Below are positions 10,882-21,613 of a stretch of DNA of 64,000 nucleotides, piece after piece; position 1 is the first letter of the stretch; every line of letters starts with the position of its first letter. This DNA comes from Candidatus Falkowbacteria bacterium (lineage in GTDB: Bacteria > Patescibacteriota > Patescibacteriia > Patescibacteriales > Patescibacteriaceae). The DNA is taken from the NCBI GenBank assembly GCA_026396835.1, contig JAPLWA010000005.1, positions 7,435 to 71,434 of the forward strand, in the 5' to 3' direction. The position numbers were made by a program, and so were the translations under genes. Below the pieces are notes generated by a model. It was not told the origin of the DNA. It saw only the letters and a program-made list of their open reading frames with translations, and searched no databases.

Positions 10882-12285
10882 ATGTCCTTAACTAAACCTC
10901 TTGTTGTAATATTTGGCAGAACCAATGTTGGTAAATCAACCTTGTTTAATTGTTTAGTAGAAAAAAAACAAGCTCTAGTCTCTAATACACCAGGCACAAC
11001 TCGCGACTCGAATCTAGCAACCGTAGGCTGGCAAGGAAAAACTTTTTCCATTGTTGATACCGGCGGTTTTATGGACTTTGATTTTTTACGTCTTAAAAAA
11101 ATTAAAGCCGAAACAATTGATGAACTAGTTCAAAAACAAGCCCGTGATTATTTAAAAAAAGCTGATTTAATTTTATTCTTAGTTGACGCACGCGATGGTC
11201 TCTTACCTCAAGACATGACCATGGCCATGATTATCAAAAAAATCATTCCTGATAAAAAGAAGATTGTCTTGGTCGCCAACAAAGTAGAGAAATTATCAAT
11301 CGCTCCGGCGGCCGGAGATTTTTATCGCCTTGGCTTGGGTGATGTTTCTTCAATTTCGGCTTTAACTGGCGCTGGAACCGGCGACTTACTAGATATTATT
11401 TTGAAAAAAATCAAAGCTCCTAAAGATAAAGTTGAAGTTGTTAAAAAAGAAATTGATAAAACCAAATCGCCAAGCGTAGTTAGAGTAGCTATCATTGGGA
11501 AGCCTAACGTTGGTAAATCAAGTTTGATAAATGCTATCTTGGGTTATTCTCGAGTTATCGTTAGTCCAATTCCTCACACGACACGTGAACCACAATCCGC
11601 TAGATTTACCTACAAAAAAAGTGACTTTGAATTTGTTGATACGGCTGGTATTACTAAGCATGGTCACAAAGTAGATAACTTAGAAAAATACAGCATGGAT
11701 AAAAGCTTAGCTGCAGTTCAAAAAGCTAATGTCGCAATTTTAGTTATGGATATTTCCGAACCTTTAACCAAACAAGACGCTAGATTGGTTGAAGAAATTT
11801 TTGATCGCCACAAGAGTTTAATTTTGGTGGCTAACAAATGGGATTTAGCCGTTGATCGTGATCCAAAAAAATATACTCACTATATAAACAGTGAATTACC
11901 TTTTGCAACTCACGCACCAATTCAATTTTTATCAGCTAAAAATAAAGTTCGTATTAACCAGTTACTTGATTTAATTATTGAAGTTAATAACCAAAGATAT
12001 ATTAGTATTCCAGATAGCGCCTTAGACAGACTTTTGAAAAGTGCAGTTAAAAAACATCGTCCAACTAAGGGCCGCGGTACAAAATATCCTCGTGTTTATG
12101 AATTCAAACAAGCTGGTGTTAATCCACCAAGTTTCATGGTTCAGATCGGACCACGCGAAAGCTTGGCTGAATCTTATCTTCGTTTCCTAGAGAACCAATT
12201 ACGCGCCAAATTCGGCTTTATTGGTACGCCCATTTCTATGTGGGTTAAAAAGGGACGTGATATCCACGGACTACACAATAGTTAA
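10882..12285 (+). CDS. der: ribosome biogenesis GTPase Der (EngA)
   Basis: Two G domains (GRTNVGKS/DTGG/NKVE; GKPNVGKS/DTAG/NKWD) and KH-like tail (YLRFLENQLR..FGFIGTP). Confidence 0.96.
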   Translation: MSLTKPLVVIFGRTNVGKSTLFNCLVEKKQALVSNTPGTTRDSNLATVGWQGKTFSIVDTGGFMDFDFLRLKKIKAETIDELVQKQARDYLKKADLILFLVDARDGLLPQDMTMAMIIKKIIPDKKKIVLVANKVEKLSIAPAAGDFYRLGLGDVSSISALTGAGTGDLLDIILKKIKAPKDKVEVVKKEIDKTKSPSVVRVAIIGKPNVGKSSLINAILGYSRVIVSPIPHTTREPQSARFTYKKSDFEFVDTAGITKHGHKVDNLEKYSMDKSLAAVQKANVAILVMDISEPLTKQDARLVEEIFDRHKSLILVANKWDLAVDRDPKKYTHYINSELPFATHAPIQFLSAKNKVRINQLLDLIIEVNNQRYISIPDSALDRLLKSAVKKHRPTKGRGTKYPRVYEFKQAGVNPPSFMVQIGPRESLAESYLRFLENQLRAKFGFIGTPISMWVKKGRDIHGLHNS

Positions 12286-12290
12286 AATAG

Positions 12291-12320
12291 AAAAACTCGC
12301 TGTTAACCAGCGAGTTTTTT
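12291..12320 (+). terminator. intrinsic terminator after der
   Basis: AAAAACTCGCTG-ttaac-CAGCGAGTTTTTT. Confidence 0.8.
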
Positions 12321-12428
12321 AGTTTCTGTATAATTAGCGGCAAATTGGCAATACCTTCTAGACAAAAAGTCTGTTCAGAAATTTGTCTTTAAATATGATA
12401 TAGTAATAACGTATATTATTAAAACCAT

Positions 12429-14096
12429 ATGAAAGAAGTCTTTCACGACATAGCTAACAATTCCAATAAACCAAATAGCGTTTCTGAGGACGCTCGGGTC
12501 TTTAGTATTTTTGAGAATCATGAAGATGGCTCTGGAAAAATTATTGTAAAAAAATTCAAACCATTAGAAGAAATTTTATCTGATTTGGAGAAAGTTAATG
12601 GCCAAGACGAATTTCCTCATGTTCAAAATATTATTGATATTTTTAATAATCATCGCGCTGAAAAAATTGTAGCTAACGGCGAGGCAGTTGCCGACAAACC
12701 CCATCTTTTAATCGTTGGCGGTTTTATTAGAGACTTGCTTCTACACAAAAAACCCAAAGACATTGATTTTACTACTGACCTAGAATTAAAAGAGGTTGAA
12801 AAATTATTGAGCGATAATTTTTCTGAAGAGATAGCTAATAAAGAAATTTCAATTGATGAAACCGGCAAGTCCCAAGGGGTTATAAGAATTAAATTTAAAG
12901 ACGACACAAGAGAAGTTGCCGAAGAGTACGAAATTGCTTCTTTCCGCAAAGACAGTGATACGGGTGACGGTCGCCGACCTGACTCTGTCGAATTAATTAA
13001 AGTTCCAGGAATTGACGCTCAAAGACGTGACTTCACGATTAACGCCGTAATGTATAATCCAAAGTCTCACAATATTATTGATTATACTGGCGGATTAAAA
13101 GACTTGGACGATAAAAAACTACGCTTTGTTGGCGACCCTAAAAAAAGAATTACCGAGGACAGATCAAGGGCTTTACGCTATATTAGATTTTTATTTAAAA
13201 CAAACTTTTCTGAAGATAAAGAAGCAAAAATTGCTATCCAAGAAATGAGCCAAGAGATTAGTCAATTACCAGCCGAAATGATTCTGAAAGAATTAAAAGG
13301 GATGCTTGAAGTTGCAGGTGATAAACCAGGAAAAATTTTAGAATACTTTAAAGAGTTTGGGCTTTTGGAAAAAATTCTACCTGAAATATCTGACTTAGAG
13401 AAATGCCCCCAAGGTCCTCCTTATCACATGGAAGGAGATGTTTTTAAACACACAGTTATGGTGCTTAATAATCTACCAGCCAATTCATCACTAGAATTAT
13501 TTCTAGCCGCCACCATGCACGACATTGCCAAACCTGACACCAGGAAAGAAGGCGTCGACAAGAAAGTAAGTTTTCATAGTCATGACCTAAAAGGCTCTGA
13601 AAAAGTAGCTCCTATTTTAAAAAGACTAAAACTACCAAATAAATCACAAGACAAAATAACCAAATTGATAGCTAACCATATTAAGATTTTTTCATTTTTA
13701 CAAATGAAAAATAGCAAAGCTATTGAAATGGCGAAAAGTCCCGACTTCAAAGACCAAATAACTTTATTAAAGGCAGATAACGCCGGCACTGAACCAGCTG
13801 ATAAAAAAGTTCAAGCTGAAACCAATGAAATGATAGAAAAAATCATTGAACGTTATGAAAAAATTATAGATGATCAAGCAAAATTCTCTGTTGAAAGAGA
13901 GGTGGTTAGAAACGCTACTAATGGAAATAAAATTATTCAACTTTATTCCAGTATTCACGGTCGCAAGCCATTAGGTAAAAATATTGGTATAATAGAAGCG
14001 CAAATCAAAGAGCTGATTGATGACGAAAATATAGTTGACAAAACATTGGCTCAAGAAAAATTAAAAGATATAATTACTAACTTTAAGGAACAATAA
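12429..14096 (+). CDS. CCA tRNA nucleotidyltransferase / poly(A) polymerase family with HD domain
   Basis: VGGFIRD..KDIDF, RRDFTINA, EDRSRALR, H..GDVFKHT, MHDIAKP. Confidence 0.9.
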   Translation: MKEVFHDIANNSNKPNSVSEDARVFSIFENHEDGSGKIIVKKFKPLEEILSDLEKVNGQDEFPHVQNIIDIFNNHRAEKIVANGEAVADKPHLLIVGGFIRDLLLHKKPKDIDFTTDLELKEVEKLLSDNFSEEIANKEISIDETGKSQGVIRIKFKDDTREVAEEYEIASFRKDSDTGDGRRPDSVELIKVPGIDAQRRDFTINAVMYNPKSHNIIDYTGGLKDLDDKKLRFVGDPKKRITEDRSRALRYIRFLFKTNFSEDKEAKIAIQEMSQEISQLPAEMILKELKGMLEVAGDKPGKILEYFKEFGLLEKILPEISDLEKCPQGPPYHMEGDVFKHTVMVLNNLPANSSLELFLAATMHDIAKPDTRKEGVDKKVSFHSHDLKGSEKVAPILKRLKLPNKSQDKITKLIANHIKIFSFLQMKNSKAIEMAKSPDFKDQITLLKADNAGTEPADKKVQAETNEMIEKIIERYEKIIDDQAKFSVEREVVRNATNGNKIIQLYSSIHGRKPLGKNIGIIEAQIKELIDDENIVDKTLAQEKLKDIITNFKEQ

Positions 14097-14638
14097 TGCA
14101 AATCATCGTCGGCCTTGGTAACCCAGGCACAAAATACGAGAATACCCGACATAACATTGGCTTTATTGTGATTGACGAATTAGCACGTCAAAGAAATTTA
14201 GTTTGGAAAGAAAATAAAAAGTTTAAAGCCATGTTAGCCGAAGATTCAGCTACGATCTTAGTGAAGCCACAAACTTTTATGAACAAATCAGGCGAGACCG
14301 TCGCCGCTATAATGCGTTACTATAAATTAATTCCACGTTCAATTTTAGGAATTAAAAAAGCAGCTGACTTAAGTAGCTGCTTAACAGTAATTCATGATGA
14401 ACTAGACTTACCTTTTGGAAAAAATAAATTATCAATTGATAGCTCAAGCGCTGGACACAACGGTGTACAATCAATTATTGATTATCTTAAAACTAAAAAT
14501 TTTAAAAGACTGCGCATTGGTATAGACTCTGAGCAAAGAAAAAAGATGCCAACCGAAAATTATGTTTTACAAAAGTTTAACGATGAGGAGAAAAACACTA
14601 TAAAAGAACTACTGCCTGACTTAACTAGAAATTTGTAA
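14096..14638 (+). CDS. pth: peptidyl-tRNA hydrolase
   Basis: IVGLGNPG..Y..TRHNIGF, KPQTFMNKSG, HDELD, GHNG, RLRIGI. Confidence 0.96.
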   Translation: MQIIVGLGNPGTKYENTRHNIGFIVIDELARQRNLVWKENKKFKAMLAEDSATILVKPQTFMNKSGETVAAIMRYYKLIPRSILGIKKAADLSSCLTVIHDELDLPFGKNKLSIDSSSAGHNGVQSIIDYLKTKNFKRLRIGIDSEQRKKMPTENYVLQKFNDEEKNTIKELLPDLTRNL

Positions 14639-14709
14639 ATATCAAAAAATTTTATTAAAAAGACAAAACCGTAGGGATATTTTCCTACGGTTTGTTTTTA
14701 AATGAACTT

Positions 14710-15573
14710 TTAACTTTCTAACTCCGGTATAGCGATTATTTCTAATGACTTACTGATTTGTCCGAGCCTGTAAGTAACCGCAACAACTCGACCAACAGCA
14801 AATTTGTCATAGACTTCTTCGCTCACATACCGCCAAAACGTTTTGTCTCCGGCGGAAGTGACAATTTTTATTTCAAAGGAAAAATCATAATTATTCCCCT
14901 CTCCATTGTCTTCAGTAGTCTCTTCAGATTCATTTTGCTCAGCATCTTCAACGTTGTCAGTATCCTCTTCATCAGTTTGTTCTCTTTCATCGTTTTCAAA
15001 TTCTTTTTTAACAATTGTACCGATGCCATGGATTTCGATAGAGTTTCCGTAGTCAAGAAAGTGCCAGGTTGATGAAACAGCTTTAGTTACTGAAAAGATT
15101 AGAATAACGCCTACTAGCACTATTATTACAATGCCAGCTAAATTTAATAATCCGACCCTGGGTGTAAAAAATATTCCATAATACCAGTACCAAGCTTTTT
15201 GATACCAGGGCAGAACAATAGATTCTTCAGACTCCTGATGAGTTCTAAAGAGAGTGCCATCTTTTCCTACAAAGACAACGAGGCCTTTGGATACATAAGC
15301 GGAGTCTACATCGCTGGGCGAATCACTAACTCTAATGTAAATTGTTCCAGCGCTATCAAGATTATCGATTGGCACGTTTACTAACTGCCACTTATAACTT
15401 CCTCCGTTTTTGGCTGACCACCGATCTGTTCTATAAACTAAATATGAACCACTATAACTAAGGCCATATTCAACAGCTTCTTTATGCTTGGCAGCACGAT
15501 CTTTATTTGGTGAAGAAAAGGCAAAGTTGGAAAATAACGAAACAATGCAAATCACAAATATTAATTTTTTCAA
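14710..15573 (-). CDS. hypothetical secreted/membrane protein with acidic linker
   Basis: TTG start after GAAAGGTG SD; signal peptide, central TM, E/D-rich stretch; own promoter TTGACA-17-TATAAT at 15645-15617. Confidence 0.7.
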   Translation of the reverse strand: MKKLIFVICIVSLFSNFAFSSPNKDRAAKHKEAVEYGLSYSGSYLVYRTDRWSAKNGGSYKWQLVNVPIDNLDSAGTIYIRVSDSPSDVDSAYVSKGLVVFVGKDGTLFRTHQESEESIVLPWYQKAWYWYYGIFFTPRVGLLNLAGIVIIVLVGVILIFSVTKAVSSTWHFLDYGNSIEIHGIGTIVKKEFENDEREQTDEEDTDNVEDAEQNESEETTEDNGEGNNYDFSFEIKIVTSAGDKTFWRYVSEEVYDKFAVGRVVAVTYRLGQISKSLEIIAIPELES

Positions 15574-15745
15574 AGTACACCTTTCTTTTAATTTATATTA
15601 ATTTTTAATTGTTCATATTATAGCATTTTAACATAAAACTGTCAATATACGTATAAAAATGCAAAAAAACGCCATAATATTGCTAATATTGGCATTTTTG
15701 TAGCTTAATCCTCTAAATATAAACCCACGAAGAGATAAACTTAAG

Positions 15746-16874
15746 CTAATCCTTAAGGCAGCGGACCGAAAAAGCAAAAGTTAGGCCATTTCGAGCTCGT
15801 ATTACACCAGCATTCCCAGAATATAATTCACGATGCCAAGCAGTAGAGCTATCATAACGAGATGATGACCAAATCACAGCATAAGAATCTCGGTAAGCAA
15901 AGTAGTTTCCAACAACCCATCTATCACCGCCAAATTCACCATTATAACCACTAGAGCCGCCTGGTTTTAACTTTGTACCAGCCGCAGTACAATCATATGA
16001 ACCAATACGATTAGCGTCACATGTTTGTCCATTGTCTTTTAAATAATTTTCAAGAACATACCACTCAGCATCGCTTGGTATATGCCAACCAAGCGGACAA
16101 ATCCCTTGCGCACCTTCTAAGATTGATCCGTTCATGGCAACCGCCCACTCATACAAAGCACCATAAGTCGTACAATCCGCTTCAGTTCCAGGGACCGTTG
16201 TACCAACCCCATTTCCTGGACAAGACCTTTCAGAATGAGTTACAGAATTATCAGCAGTTGAATTTGTCATAGCTGTTCCATTTGGTTTAGATCTTGTACG
16301 AAGACTTGATTTCATCCAGCACTGTGTGCCGATCTGCACGGTGTTGTAAGTGTTGCCGTCTATATCTATAACAGTTGCTTGGCCACAAGCTAAAGGACCA
16401 CTGTTATTACTAGTGAAGAAAGCACCAGCGCTCATGTTGCCAGAGCCAGAACCAAGACAAGAGCCTAAGCTATAGTTTGTGCCAGCTCATGTTGCCAGAG
16501 CCAGAACCAAGACAAGAGCCTAAGCTATAGTTTGTGCCAGTTAAAGAAGATTGATAACTATAATCTACGTTACCGCAGTTACCATCGTTTCTTGGTGTTG
16601 GGTTAGATGGAATAGATCCCATATAAGTAGTATTACCATCTGGTGATCTTAGTGATTGACCTGGTGTTATTATGGTTGGATAACTACTGTTGTCGTTATA
16701 GTATAGTTCTAGGGCGGTAGATATTTGTTTTAGATCTGCTACTCTCCTAGCATCTCTAGCTTTAGTTCTAGCATTACCTAAGGCTATTATTGCCATGGTA
16801 GAGAGTACGCCAATAATTGCTATTACTACGAGTAGCTCAATCAGTGTGAAAGCTTTTTTGTTTCTTAAAAACAT
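15746..16874 (-). pseudogene. type IV pilin-like N-terminus fused to FISUMP (Fib_succ_major) domain, frameshifted by a 55-bp tandem duplication
   Basis: KKAFTLIELLVVIAIIG prepilin motif (16470-16874); DIDGNTYNTVQIGTQCW..GICPLGWHIPS..SVRCLKD (15746-16435); removing one repeat unit gives one 357-aa ORF. Confidence 0.85.
16430..16540. repeat. perfect 55-bp tandem duplication
   Basis: GCTCATGTTGCCAGAGCCAGAACCAAGACAAGAGCCTAAGCTATAGTTTGTGCCA at 16430-16484 and 16485-16539. Confidence 0.95.
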
Positions 16875-16904
16875 ACAACTCCATTATACAGCAATGCTTA
16901 AACA

Positions 16905-17060
16905 AACTCACCCCTAACCCCTCTCTACCCCTGCGGGGTAAAGAGGGGAAATTTATTTTTTTAGCTTAAATATTATTAACAATGATTTTCAAATCTAAAA
17001 AATTATTACTTAGATTTCCCCTCTTTACGCGTTAGCGTAGAGAGGGGCTAGGGGTGAGTT
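16905..17060. repeat. REP/MITE-like element (copy 2)
   Basis: Same terminal inverted repeats as 1303-1526 with a shorter, different AT-rich spacer. Confidence 0.85.
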
Positions 17061-17111
17061 AACCTAAAACAAAACACGCCCCGCAAAAACGAGGCGTGTT
17101 ATTAAGACAAA

Positions 17112-18164
17112 TTAAACTGGCTCTTTACCTTTAGTATTTTTCTTGTGAATGATGTCATCAAAAATTACCAAGGCAGCAGTAGCAACCGGGATTGATAATA
17201 AAGCCCCCATAAATCCACCAACAGAAAAACCAATCATCAAAACTACGATACTAACAATTGGATTCATGCCAATCGCTTTTTCCATAACCTTTGGTACTAA
17301 GAAATTATTTTCAACTTGCTGAACAATAATATATAGTACAGCAACAAAAATAGCTAAAGTCGGCGACTGACTAAAGGCTAAGAAAACTGCAGGTACGGCG
17401 CCAAGCAAAGGTCCTAGATAGGGAATAAACTCAGTGAAGCCTGCAATCAAAGCTAGAATCAAGGCGTACTTAACGCCAAGAATCAACAATCCAATATATG
17501 TTAAAGCAAAAATAACCAAACAAAGAATAAGCTGACCGCGGAACCAAAGTCCCATTTTCAATTCTATGCGCTTAAATAATTCCATGACATGGTCCTGCTT
17601 ATCTTCTGGTGTTAATGACCAAACTAATTTACGAATCATATTCTCTTCAACCACCATATAAAAAGTAATGACCAAGATAATCACCAGTGAGAAAAATCCT
17701 CCAACGATATTATAGATAGTTGAGAAAACTCCGCCGGCTGCACCTTGAAAATTAGTTGCGGCGTTCCCCACCGAAGATTCAATTTGATCTAGCCAACCAT
17801 GAGACGCGGTATATGATTTGAAGCTAGAAATAAATCCATTAAAGCGTTCAACATAGCTTGGGAAGTCAGCCAACAATTGATTAAACTGATTAACCATTGG
17901 TGGAATAATAAGATAAACCGTTAAACCAAGAATGGATAATAATATTACATAAATAAATGAAATCCCCAATGACCTTGGTATACCTTTTTTTTGCATCCAA
18001 TCAACCCATGGATCCATTGAAGAAGACAAGACAATGGATACAAAAAGTATAGCCAAGATGTCTTGAATTAAATAAGCAAAATATAAGCAAAACAAAACGA
18101 CGATTATTTTAATTAAGGTACCGGTCGTTAGAGTAATGCGCATGGAACTCTTCTCTTCCGACAT
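17112..18164 (-). CDS. AI-2E family transporter
   Basis: Multi-TM; EFIPYLGP, QQVENNFLVPKVM, GALLSIPV motifs. Confidence 0.92.
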   Translation of the reverse strand: MSEEKSSMRITLTTGTLIKIIVVLFCLYFAYLIQDILAILFVSIVLSSSMDPWVDWMQKKGIPRSLGISFIYVILLSILGLTVYLIIPPMVNQFNQLLADFPSYVERFNGFISSFKSYTASHGWLDQIESSVGNAATNFQGAAGGVFSTIYNIVGGFFSLVIILVITFYMVVEENMIRKLVWSLTPEDKQDHVMELFKRIELKMGLWFRGQLILCLVIFALTYIGLLILGVKYALILALIAGFTEFIPYLGPLLGAVPAVFLAFSQSPTLAIFVAVLYIIVQQVENNFLVPKVMEKAIGMNPIVSIVVLMIGFSVGGFMGALLSIPVATAALVIFDDIIHKKNTKGKEPV

Positions 18165-18176
18165 ATGTTTTATATA

Positions 18177-18286
18177 AATTTTATAATTTTTAATTTTGCA
18201 ATTTTATAATTAATGATTAAATTTTTAATTTTAAATTAGAACTTAAAAAATTAACTAAAAATTAAAAACTACAAAATTATAAAATT
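18177..18286. repeat. AT-rich inverted-repeat element (copy B)
   Basis: AATTTTATAATTTTTAATTTTG..CAAAATTATAAAATT, colinear with 10764-10875. Confidence 0.8.
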
Positions 18287-18293
18287 CTTATTA

Positions 18294-20528
18294 TTATCTT
18301 CCACCAAAACGTGGGCGTCTTGGACGATCTGAATAACCACTAGATCCGCTATTAAAATCACCTGTCTGTTTACCTTTTTCATCTTTCCATAAAGCTTCAT
18401 TTTCAACTAAGCCTTTCATACTTAGGTTAACGCGGCCCTGGTCATCAATTTCTTTTATTCTAACATTAACGGTGTCACCAACGCTAATTAGATCAGATGG
18501 CTTACCTACACGGTAAGGTGCCATTTCGCTAACGTGAACCATACCATCGCGACCCGCAACTAGTTCAACAAAAGCTCCGAAATCTAACATACGCACAACC
18601 TTACCAACAAAAGTTTCACCAACTTCAAATTTTCTAACGATGTTATTAACCCATTCCATAGCTTTCTTAACGCCTTCGGGTTCAACACCGCAAATCATAA
18701 CTAAGCCTGAGTCTTCAATATCAATTGAAACACCACAAGCATCAATAATTTCATTAATAACTTTTCCGCCTGAACCAATAACTTCACCAATTCTTTCTGG
18801 ATCAATTTGTAGAGTTGAAATACGTGGTGCGTACTTAGATAGTTCAGCACGAGGAGCGCTTATTGCGCTATTCATAACTTCCAAAACTTTCAAACGAGCG
18901 GCTTTACCATCAACCAAGGCTTGTTCCATAATGGCTTTATCCAAACCAATGGTTTTTGTATCAAGTTGAATAGCAGTAATACCGTCGGCAGTTCCTGTAA
19001 TCTTAAAGTCCATACCACCTTCACCATCTTCTAAATCTTGTAAGTCAGTTAGGACTTCCCATTTACTCATATCAGGAATAGAAGCCAAACCCATAGCCAC
19101 ACCAGCGACAGCTTTTTTAATTGGTACACCAGCATCATACAAAGCAAGGGATGCCGCACAGGTTGAAGCCATGGAAGATGAACCATTGGATGATAAAGTT
19201 TCAGCCACCACGCGAATAGTGTATGGGAATTCTTCTTTTGAAGGAATCATCGAAGCAATAGCTTTTTCAGCTAAAGCACCGTGACCGATCTCACGACGAC
19301 CGGTGCCGCGCATTGGTTTAGCTTCGCCAACGGAAAATGGAGCAAAGTTATAATGAAGCATAAAACGCTTCTTGCTTTCGCCTTCCAAACCTTCTAATGA
19401 TTGTTCATCACCAGGAGCGCCGAGTGTAACAATGGACATAACTTGAGTTTCACCGCGAGAAAAGACGGCGGCGCCGTGATTTCTTGGTAACATATCAACG
19501 TCAGCTTCTAAATTTCTAATTTCATTCAAAGCGCGTCCGTCAACACGTTTTTTATCTTCAATAATAGCGCGTGTTACTTCAGCTTCAATTGCTGTGTAGA
19601 CTAATTCCTTAATCGCTAAATAACGATAATCTTTGTCATAACCTTTTTCAACCAAATGATCTTCTAATTGTTCTTTAATAGCATTCACGGCAGCCTTACG
19701 TTCACCCTTTGTGTAATAAACTTGATCAAATAAAATATGTTTAACTGATTTATCTAACCACTCAGCTGAATCTTTTAAGACTGCGACTTTTATTTCATCA
19801 ATTTTTTCTTCTGTCTTTCTGATTTTTCTTTCATGTGGCACAACTTTTAATTCTTTGGCCATTTCTTCAATCAATTCAATAGCTGGTTGCATAGCTTTTT
19901 GTCCGGCTAATAAAGCATTCAACATATCAGCTTCATTAACTTCTTTAGCACCAGCTTCAATCATAACCACACGTTCTTTGGTAGCAGCTACGATTAAATC
20001 TAAATCACTTTCCAGACGATCCTTATAGGTTGGGTTGAAAACAAACTGATTGTTAACACGACCAACTCTAACGCCGCCGATTGGACCTTTCCAATCAACA
20101 CCAGAAACCGATAAAGCAGCTGAAGCAGCAACTAAAGACACAATGTCATAGTCGTTTTCTTTATCAACTGATAAAACAGTTAGCACAACTTGAACGTCGC
20201 GGCGTGAAGCCTGATCAAACAATGGTCTAACGCTGCGATCAATCATGCGGCCGGTTAGAACAGCTTCATCAGTTGGGCGGCCTTCGCGCTTAACCCAACG
20301 AGAACCTTTAATAATACCAGCGGCATAAAGTCTTTCTTCAAACTCAACCATGAGTGGAAAAAAATCTGTTCCAGCTCGTTCTTCTTTAGATTGTACAACC
20401 GTGGCTAAAATAACTGTTTCGCCATATTGTACTGTCACAGCGGCGTCAGCTTGTTTAGCTAAAACGCCAGTTCTGAAAGTTAAGGGTCTACCTTCCCAAT
20501 CACGGGTAAAAACTTTTTCTTTGTTCAT
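18294..20528 (-). CDS. pnp: polyribonucleotide nucleotidyltransferase (PNPase)
   Basis: DFFPL, IDRSVRPLF, RREIGHG, SNGSSSMAS, GMDFKITG, KH and S1 domains; ATG at 20528 preferred to TTG at 20552. Confidence 0.97.
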   Translation of the reverse strand: MNKEKVFTRDWEGRPLTFRTGVLAKQADAAVTVQYGETVILATVVQSKEERAGTDFFPLMVEFEERLYAAGIIKGSRWVKREGRPTDEAVLTGRMIDRSVRPLFDQASRRDVQVVLTVLSVDKENDYDIVSLVAASAALSVSGVDWKGPIGGVRVGRVNNQFVFNPTYKDRLESDLDLIVAATKERVVMIEAGAKEVNEADMLNALLAGQKAMQPAIELIEEMAKELKVVPHERKIRKTEEKIDEIKVAVLKDSAEWLDKSVKHILFDQVYYTKGERKAAVNAIKEQLEDHLVEKGYDKDYRYLAIKELVYTAIEAEVTRAIIEDKKRVDGRALNEIRNLEADVDMLPRNHGAAVFSRGETQVMSIVTLGAPGDEQSLEGLEGESKKRFMLHYNFAPFSVGEAKPMRGTGRREIGHGALAEKAIASMIPSKEEFPYTIRVVAETLSSNGSSSMASTCAASLALYDAGVPIKKAVAGVAMGLASIPDMSKWEVLTDLQDLEDGEGGMDFKITGTADGITAIQLDTKTIGLDKAIMEQALVDGKAARLKVLEVMNSAISAPRAELSKYAPRISTLQIDPERIGEVIGSGGKVINEIIDACGVSIDIEDSGLVMICGVEPEGVKKAMEWVNNIVRKFEVGETFVGKVVRMLDFGAFVELVAGRDGMVHVSEMAPYRVGKPSDLISVGDTVNVRIKEIDDQGRVNLSMKGLVENEALWKDEKGKQTGDFNSGSSGYSDRPRRPRFGGR

Positions 20529-20615
20529 AAAAGAATTTAGTCTGCCCGACAAACTAGAGAACTATGGATCTAACCACAGTACTGTGTGTTTATCGAGCAA
20601 AACATTAATTAGTTA

Positions 20616-20706
20616 ATAGTGGTTAGTTGCTAGTTGATGGTTGCTAGATGAAAAAAATATTCCACCACCCAACAACTAACAACTGACAACCAACAACCAG
20701 CAACTA
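20616..20706. repeat. heptamer inverted-repeat element (NTAGTTG)n ... (YAACAAC)n
   Basis: ttagttg ctagttg atggttg ctagatg / caacaac taacaac tgacaac caacaac cagcaac. Confidence 0.75.
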
Positions 20707-21204
20707 TCTTCCAATCAAAAACTTACGGTTATCGCTTAAGGTTATAAAGTCATCAACCTCTTCGATTAATTTAGTTGAAGCAGTTTGGCGGAAAGCCATA
20801 ACTTCAACGCGGCAACCTTTAGCGGCTTGTAAGTATTCAACTAATGGCAAATAATCACCATCACCGGATACCAAAACAATCACATCAACCTTGTCAGCTA
20901 ATTTAATTGCATCAATCGCAATACCAACATCCCAATCAGCCTTACGCGCACCACCTGAAAAAATTTGTAAATCCTTAATTACGACTTCAAATCCCTGGCT
21001 ATCAAGCGCTTCAAAAAAAGATGCTTCATCTTCACCAGCACCATGAATAACATAAGCGACAGCTCTAATTAATTGTCGATCCGCTACCGCGGCTTTTAAG
21101 ACCTCCTTAAAGTTAACGCGGCGCTTATACAAATTTTTCGCGGAGTGATACATGTTAGCAGCGTCAACCAAGACAGCGACGCGCTGATTTTTGTGTTTTG
21201 TCAT
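20704..21204 (-). CDS. NYN domain (LabA/DUF88) protein
   Basis: VAVLVDAANMY, KADWDVGIAID, LVSGDGDYLPL; start at MTKHKNQRV. Confidence 0.92.
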   Translation of the reverse strand: MTKHKNQRVAVLVDAANMYHSAKNLYKRRVNFKEVLKAAVADRQLIRAVAYVIHGAGEDEASFFEALDSQGFEVVIKDLQIFSGGARKADWDVGIAIDAIKLADKVDVIVLVSGDGDYLPLVEYLQAAKGCRVEVMAFRQTASTKLIEEVDDFITLSDNRKFLIGR

Positions 21205-21247
21205 AGATACTAAGGGAAGCGAACCAGTGGCCCGCTTCCTGTTGGTG

Positions 21248-21613
21248 TTAGTCATTTTTATCTGGTTCTACTTCGTCGCTAATATCGTCTTCTAATAATT
21301 CAGCTTCAAGACGCTTGCGCTCATCTTCTTCTTCGATCATTTTCTTAGCGATCTTTAATTTAAGTTTGGCTGCCAATTCCATGAAAGACTTTTCATCTTC
21401 GCGCTGTAGGTATTTTAGTAAACGGCGACGTTCACCAACCTTACGCAACAAACCGCGACGAGAAGAGTAGTCATGCTTGTGCATCTTTAAGTGCTCAGTC
21501 AACTGATTGATTTCCTCGGTCAAAATAGCAATTTGGACTTGAGGAGAACCAGTATCGGTCTCATGAACCTTAAATTTGTTAATAATCCGTTGTTTGGCTT
21601 TTTTATCCAACAT
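21248..21613 (-). CDS. rpsO: 30S ribosomal protein S15 with acidic C-terminal extension
   Basis: [36 protein letters not shown]; alternative start at 21628. Confidence 0.95.
   Translation of the reverse strand: MLDKKAKQRIINKFKVHETDTGSPQVQIAILTEEINQLTEHLKMHKHDYSSRRGLLRKVGERRRLLKYLQREDEKSFMELAAKLKLKIAKKMIEEEDERKRLEAELLEDDISDEVEPDKND

Noticed and set aside
15746..15960. Diversity-generating retroelement target (FISUMP C-terminus ending SVRCLKD; also 37330-37513)
   Set aside because: No reverse transcriptase and no template repeat differing only at adenines in this window; the two C-termini are too divergent to be TR/VR. A remote DGR cannot be excluded.
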